64,000 nucleotides of DNA, from contig CAVVMW010000002.1 in assembly GCA_963749495.1 (NCBI GenBank), positions 1 through 64,000 of the forward strand, read 5' to 3'. The notes below the pieces were generated by a model. That model did no database searches. It was not told the origin of the DNA and saw only the letters and a program-made list of their open reading frames with translations. The position numbers and the translations under genes are program-made. Positions within the stretch are counted from its first letter, which is position 1; each line of letters begins with the position of its first letter. Source of the DNA: an uncultured bacterium (GTDB taxonomy: Bacteria; Verrucomicrobiota; Verrucomicrobiia; Limisphaerales; UBA8199). This document shows positions 57,843-64,000 of this stretch, piece by piece.

Positions 57843-59075
57843 ATGAAAAATCCTGCAACCCACAGCTCAACGGGGCGGTTAGTGAACCGCCGGGCCTTTC
57901 TCAAAGCTTCGGCGGCCATGGCGGCCCTGCCCTGCGTGATCCCGGCCTCCGCATTGGGCCGGGATGGCGGTCCGGCCCCCAGCGCGCGCATTGTCATGGG
58001 CGGCATCGGCATCGGCAACCAGGGCAGCGGCGACCAGGGGGCCTTCCTGGGGCGCAGCGATGTCCAATACGTGGCCGTGTGCGACGTGAAGAAAGGCGTG
58101 CGCGAAGGCGCCAAGCGGCGGGTGGATGCGCACAACGGCGACACCGGGTGCGCGGCGTACAGCGATTTCCGCGAACTCCTGGCCCGCAAGGACATCAACG
58201 CCGTACACATCGCCACGCCCGACCACTGGCATGCCGTCATCGTCATCGAGGCCTGCAAACAGGGAAAGGACGTCTTTTGCGAGAAGCCCGAATGCCTGAC
58301 GATTCGCGAAGGCCGGGCCATGGTCGAGGCGGCGCGCGGTTACGGACGCGTGGTGTCGGGCGGCAGCCAGCGCGTCCTGGAGGATTTCCGGGACATCGTT
58401 CGCCAGTGCTGGAGCGGGGAGATCGGCCAGCCCAAGGAAGTCTTCGTGAACTGCGGCGGGCCCTCCAAGCCCTGCTATCTCGGGGGCGAACCGGTGCCGC
58501 CGGACCTGGATTGGGACATGTGGCTGGGGCCGGCCCCCTGGGCGCCCTATCACCCCTATCGCGTCAGCGGCTCGTATGCCATTGACGGCACGAGTTGGCG
58601 CTCGTGGCGCGACTATTCAGGCGGCGGCATGACCGACTGGGGCGCGCACAAGTTCGGCGGCATGCTCTTCGCCATCAACCGCATGGAGGAGGGGCCCGTC
58701 GAGGTCATCCCTCCCGACGGCAGAGACCACAAATACCTCACCTACCGTTTTGCGGACGGCCTGCTCATGTATCACTCGCCGGGCAAGGGCGAGCAGGTGC
58801 TCGGCAGCGGAACACCCGTGCCGCCGCGCGTGGTCCCCCGGTACAAGGGCAACGGCGGCATCTACGGCGATTTCATCGAATCGGTCAAGACCCGCGAGAA
58901 ACCGTTCCGCGACATCGAGCGGGCGCATCGGACCTGCACCGTCTGCCACCTGGGCAACATTGCCTACCAGTTGAACCGCCCGCTCCAGTGGGACCCGGTC
59001 AAGGAGGAATTCCCCGCCGGCGACCCGGCCAATCGCCTCCTGGACCGGGCCCGGCGCGAGCCGTGGACGATCTGA
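57843..59075 (+). CDS. Gfo/Idh/MocA family oxidoreductase with Tat signal
   Basis: NRRAFLK, IATPDHWH, CEKP, DWDMWLGPAP, DWGAH. Confidence 0.94.
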   Translation: MKNPATHSSTGRLVNRRAFLKASAAMAALPCVIPASALGRDGGPAPSARIVMGGIGIGNQGSGDQGAFLGRSDVQYVAVCDVKKGVREGAKRRVDAHNGDTGCAAYSDFRELLARKDINAVHIATPDHWHAVIVIEACKQGKDVFCEKPECLTIREGRAMVEAARGYGRVVSGGSQRVLEDFRDIVRQCWSGEIGQPKEVFVNCGGPSKPCYLGGEPVPPDLDWDMWLGPAPWAPYHPYRVSGSYAIDGTSWRSWRDYSGGGMTDWGAHKFGGMLFAINRMEEGPVEVIPPDGRDHKYLTYRFADGLLMYHSPGKGEQVLGSGTPVPPRVVPRYKGNGGIYGDFIESVKTREKPFRDIERAHRTCTVCHLGNIAYQLNRPLQWDPVKEEFPAGDPANRLLDRARREPWTI

Positions 59076-59081
59076 GTGGGC

Positions 59082-61835
59082 TTAGTTCAGCCCGCTGCTG
59101 GACGTTTCTTTGGGGCCGATTTTGCCCCACCTTACGCTCATCCGGCCATCGCTGCCGTCTCGAAGGCTCATGAACCGATTTGTGAAACCCGCGTCCAAAG
59201 CGTCGAGCGGGGTTAGCTTCAGGCCGGGCGGTCTTGCCGGGGCGAACGCCGTTGGCGGCAGCGGGCAGTTCAGGGGTTCATAAAGAAATCGCGTACGGTT
59301 CCATTCGGTTTCCAACTCGGCGACCAGGAAGCTCTGGGCGTTTATGCACCACCGTTTGCTTGGGGCCGCCGCCGGGCCGCCGGGCCTGGACTCGACCACA
59401 TAACAATCCGCGCCGGCGATATTGGTCAGGCCGGCGTAAACCAGCCCGAGCTTCTGCGCTGCCTTGGCTGGCGAGTCGAGCTCGAGCCAAAGGGATCGGC
59501 TAGGGAAATATCCTGGAGTTGCATTTCATTGGTTGGGCACAGGACCAGGTCCGGCGTCTCGGCTGAGCCGGTCTCCCACCACCAGTTTGTGCCGTCGCCG
59601 CCGACCCGGAACGGGCCGCCCATGATTTGGGACACATCCCCGTAATACTGGCTTGGGCGCTGCCACTTGAAGGTGGTGCCCTGGAAGCTGATGAGGCGAA
59701 GCCCGGGCCCATGGTATTGCGTTGTCAGCTGGGCATGCTCGACGAGGGACGTCAATTGGGCGCGCCGCCGCTGCATCGCCTCGAGCAAGGTCAAGAGTCT
59801 CACAGCGTTGGACCCGCTTGCCGCAACGCCCGTGCCGCCGCCCAGCGCCGGAAAGGCAGCGGGGACGACGTAGTGCTGATGAAACCGGTTCAGGGCCGCC
59901 TCGCCCGTGCTGCCGCCCGGCAAGGCAGGGGCCGGGGCCGGCTGCCCGGCGGCGGGCGCCCCAGGCCCTGTTCCGGTCGTGAAGCGCCAGACATAGAGGC
60001 CGGCCGGTCTGCCTTGCGCCGAAATGAAACCCGCTCCGACGCCAGGCTCATCCTTGTTGACCACAACCTGGTGAAGCACGCCCGGGGCCAGGCGCATCGG
60101 GATGGCAAACTCGAAGGTGTTCGAGTTGTAGCTCGGATAGCCGGCGGACAAGCAATCGCCTGATTCCCAGTCGAACCTGGCGGCGAATGGATCCATCGGC
60201 CGGTCGAACCGGATGCGCAAGGCGCTCTCCGGCGAGACCCCCGATGCCCCCGGGGAGGGCTCTACCGAGACGACCTTGGGCCGGGACTTGTCGCGCGACT
60301 GCTCCGCTATCGCCTGGCGGTGGTCGGGCAATGGACGGGCCATGAGTTCGATGGCATTGGAGGAGAGGTTCAGCGCCTGCGGCTCGAACTGGGCCGCATA
60401 ACGGGCCGTGCCGGCCTGGGTGTCCACGGCAAAGACGCGCCGCGGCCCTTCCTTGGTGTCCACATCCACCGTCATCTGGCCGGGGCCGGGGATGGTGGCC
60501 CTGCCGTCGGCGCCCCAGCTCGACATCATCTTCATGTTGGCGATGGCGCACATCCGGCCTCTGAGGCCCTCCGCGCCATCCGCCGAAACCGTTTCCTGTG
60601 GGAAGAGCCGTCCGATTTCCCCTGGGTGGAACCGGAGCCAGAACATGGTCCAGGCGCTCCAATTGCGCTGAAACCGGGCTGTTCAGGCTGGCGCTGTCTC
60701 GCGGAACGAGCACGGCCCAGACCGCGCCATCGGCGCAGTGGCCTATGCCCAGGTCGGCGGGTCCGGAGTCCAGCCGCAGGTCGTTGCCAACAGCGAGGCT
60801 GAACTTCGAGACCAGGAAAATGTCTTGCGAATCGAACGTCCAGGACCGGGCGCGCTCCGGGGCGGCATCGCCGACGGTGAGGGTGGTTGGGTACTCTTGT
60901 GAGAGATCCCCCGGGCGAAGCGGTTCCACCCGCAGGCCGGTCATTTCAAGCCGATGGTCCAAATACGACCAGCGGTCCGTCTTGATGAAGGCCTTTCCCC
61001 GCTTGAACATCCACAAACCGTTAGTGACCTGGAACTCGTAGCGGCTGCGCCAGGACATGTCGGACATTGTCCACTCAACCCGCCGCGGGGCGCGGCCGCC
61101 GGGCACTTCGAAAAAATCCGGGTCGAATGTGAACGTGCTCTTGAACCGAGGGTTGAGCCCAACGGCAGAGGTATCGGAGGTTCCAATGAAGAGCGGCAGT
61201 GCGTTGAGCGGTTCGATGAGAATTCGCGCCGAGCCGACCGGGAAGCTCGCGCTCGAATAATGGGTGCGGCCCGCGCCCATCCCGGCGCCGGCCCCCACAG
61301 GCCCTTGGAAGGTGACATCCACGCCTACAACCGTCTTGCCCCTCCATTTGGCCGTCCCAAGGCATTGGAGAGTGTAATTGCTGGGGGCGCTCAACATGGC
61401 GCTGAGCGGCGTCCTGAGGCTGACGCCAACCCGCGAATCGGCCCCGGACTTCAGGCGGGCGTCGAGCGGTCCAACCAATTCCTTATCGAGGCTATACAAG
61501 TGGAGGAGAGAGTGCTCCCGGAAAACGCGACTCAGCGACCACTCGGTGGCCTTGCGGTTGAATGAGTAGGTGGCCCAACGGACCCCTGGCTCCAGCCATG
61601 GCCGGTTCGTCTCGAGCACCCGGGCCACCAGGGCCTGGGCCTCCGCCGGGCCACCCGCCGGTGTGTACTCCAGCGCCTCGGGCCGGCCCAAGCGATGCGC
61701 CAGCCAGATGACCCCCACTGCCAGACCGGCGCAGACCGCGCCGGCGCAAACCCACCTCACCAACCGCCAGAGCCTGGATCTGCGTTTTGGGACGTTGCCG
61801 TTCTGACCCGGATCGGGTGCTGGCTGCGTGTTCAT
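59082..61835 (-). CDS. Large hypothetical protein with Ig-like domain, frameshifts near 60645 and 59480
   Basis: Three abutting protein-like ORFs; PKVVSVEPSPGA...IRFDRPMD. Confidence 0.6.
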
Positions 61836-61905
61836 GCTTTCAGGTGCGGGCCGGCCTCACCGTGTTGATTGACACTGCCTGCCCGTGGACCGTTCAAGCA
61901 GGGCC

Positions 61906-62295
61906 TCAGCAAGCGGGAGCGACAGCGCGGGCGGACCCCTCACCCCGGCCCTCTCCCCTTCGGAAGGGAAGGTCCACGGCTTCACTGCGCCGCTCCGCGA
62001 CGCGCGCTGCCCCCGGCTCACCGCGTAGCGGTGCCCGATGGTAGCCGTGGACTTCCAGTCCACGGACCCATGGCCCAAGCTCGACCGCGTCGCGTCGCGA
62101 CGCCTGAAAACCGCGACGCTCTCAGGCGTCGCTACGCGACGCGTGACCGTTCCCACGCCCTGAACCGTGGACCGAGGTCCACGGCTACCTTCACTGCGTC
62201 GCTACGCGACGCGCGATGATTCCCACGCCCCGAACCATGGACCGAGAGGGCCGGGGTGAGGGGTCCGCCGGGGACTTTGTCTCCGCCTTCACTGA
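61906..62295. mobile_element. MITE-like element, copy 3 of 3
   Basis: Same right end ggggtgaggggtccgccgggga...cgccttcactga, plus the module shared with 20090-20282. Confidence 0.7.
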
Positions 62296-62304
62296 CCGGC
62301 TACC

Positions 62305-64000
62305 GGGTGCGCGACAAAAAAGTAACCAAAATTTGAGCAGGCCCGCCTGCTGATTGATTTTTGTTGCTATATTGTATCTAGTTAGATACAATACGCACCA
62401 TGACCGCTTCGCTTTCTCAGCTCGAAGACCGGCGCGAGCAGATCCTTGAACAGATCAAGGCTATCAACCGGTTGCGCCGCGGCTCCTTAAGCCGCCAATT
62501 CTTCAAGAAACCCCGCGCTGGCTCCAAAGCCCCCCAGGGCCCTTACTACGTGCTCCAAGCCTACTTCCATGGGCAGAAGTTCGCCGAGCGCATCCCGGCC
62601 GATCAGGCCCCCCAAATCGAACCCCTCGTCGCCAATTACAGACGCTTTAGCGAACTGGCCGAGGAGTTTGTCACCGTCACCGACCAAATCACCCGCCTGA
62701 GTCAAGCCGCCCCCGACGCAAAAAAAAACTCCAGACCGAAGTCGGGCAGGAGCGATTCCGGGAAGCCAACGCCTTCATCCGGTTAGTCCAAGGGCAGTGG
62801 CAACAGCAGGGAGTGCGCAATCTCGAGGCGGTGGAAATTGGCCTGCGCGAGGCGCTCTTCCGCGATGCCTGTGGGATTCTGGGGGATTTGCTCAACGACC
62901 CGGCGCTGCCGGTGCCCGAGGATCAGGGCCGCCCAGGCGAAAGGTGCCACGCCGGCAGGCCCAAGGAGCCGCTGACCCTCTTCGGGCTAGTGGCCCTACG
63001 GCGCAACTATTACTATTGGGCGAGCCGGGAGCAAGGCCGTGCCCCGCTGGACCAGGCGCTGGGTCTGTGGGCAGGCTATTCGCCCGGGGTGCTGCGGATC
63101 ATTTGCCGCGCGGCCGCGCGCCATCCCTTCGACGTGGCGGCGGCCGAGCTCAAAGCCTATTGCGGGCTGCAGGTCGAAGGCCGCCAGATTCAGCGCATCG
63201 CTCAGGAAATGGGACCGCGGGTGCGGGCGGTCCAAGAACAATTGCCTCCCTTCAAGCATGACTCGGGCCTGATTCCCGTCATGTATATCGCCGTCAATGG
63301 CACCGGGGTTCCCATGCGGCCCGAGGAATTGGAAGGCCGTGCCGGCAAGCAACCCGATGGCTCAGCCAAGACCCAAGAGGTCAAGTTGGCTTGTGTGTTT
63401 ACCCAAACCACCCTTGATGAGGAGGGATTGCCGTTGCGGGACTTTGAGTCCTCCAGCTACGTGGCAGGCTTTGAAGAGGCACCCGATTTCATGGTGCGGG
63501 CACGCCAGGAGGCCCTCCGCCGCCGTCTGCCGGGCGGCGCAGGTGTCGGTGCTGCTGGGCAACGGGGCTGCCTGGATTTGGGACCACGGGGCGAAGTGCT
63601 TCCCGATGGCCTTCCAAATTCTGGACTTGTATCACGCCCTGGAACATCTCTCCGACCTGACGAAATTGCTCGAACCGGACCCTGCCGCCGCCCAGGCCCT
63701 GTGGCGAACTTGGCGCGAGCAGTTCTTGGCCGACAACGTGGAGGAAGTCCTGCGTCAAGCCCGGGAAAGGACGGGCAAACTGGCCGCTCAGACTGCTGAA
63801 TCAGCAGGCAAGCAGATCGCATACTTCGAGCACAACCAGAGCCGTATGCTCTACGCCACCTACCGCGCTTTGGGATTTTTCTACGGCTCGGGGGTGGTCG
63901 AAGCCGGCTGCAAAACGGTTATCGGCGGACGCTGCAAGTGCTCCGGCATGCTTTGGTCAGAAGAGGGAGCTACCCACGTCCTGGATTTGCGCTGCGCTCT
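62305..64000 (+). mobile_element. ISKra4-family-like insertion sequence (runs off the window)
   Basis: Left end gggtgcgcgac; ORF1 62400-62786; transposase motifs GTGVPM, GAAWIW, ILDLYHALEHL, GSGVVEAGCK with a frameshift near 63530. Confidence 0.82.

Overview
This is a GC-rich bacterial window. Gene content (DUF1080 proteins, ECF sigma/Ser-Thr kinase pair, H-X9-DG pilin-like remnant, HEAT and Gfo/Idh/MocA genes) suggests Verrucomicrobiota or a related PVC lineage; that placement is inference. The backbone carries rfbACDB, parA, cbiX, thiC with a TPP riboswitch, hisG, a Gld-like ABC operon, ybeY/phoH/HIT, der, class II nrdJ with two NrdR-like boxes, an AsmA-like gene, an M20 peptidase and maf. 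Several backbone genes have single frameshifts that look like read or assembly indels. The standout structure is at 15284-18557: five identical 56-bp direct repeats separated by unrelated, co-oriented pieces of DNA (1572, 165, 1257 and 0 bp), at least two of which cut through genes. The array lies about 235 bp downstream of the C-terminal remnant of an IS91-family (HUH/Y2) transposase, and the repeat resembles that family's oriIS end, so it is a candidate rolling-circle DNA-capture array. It sits in a 5.4-kb island bounded by a duplicated 3' end of a DUF1080 gene. A second island of 6.8 kb is bounded in the same way by a duplicated 3' end of nrdJ. Also present: a 5'-truncated group II intron, an ISKra4-like element, toxin-antitoxin modules, several MITE/REP-like families and heptamer tandem repeats that insert in frame into conserved genes.
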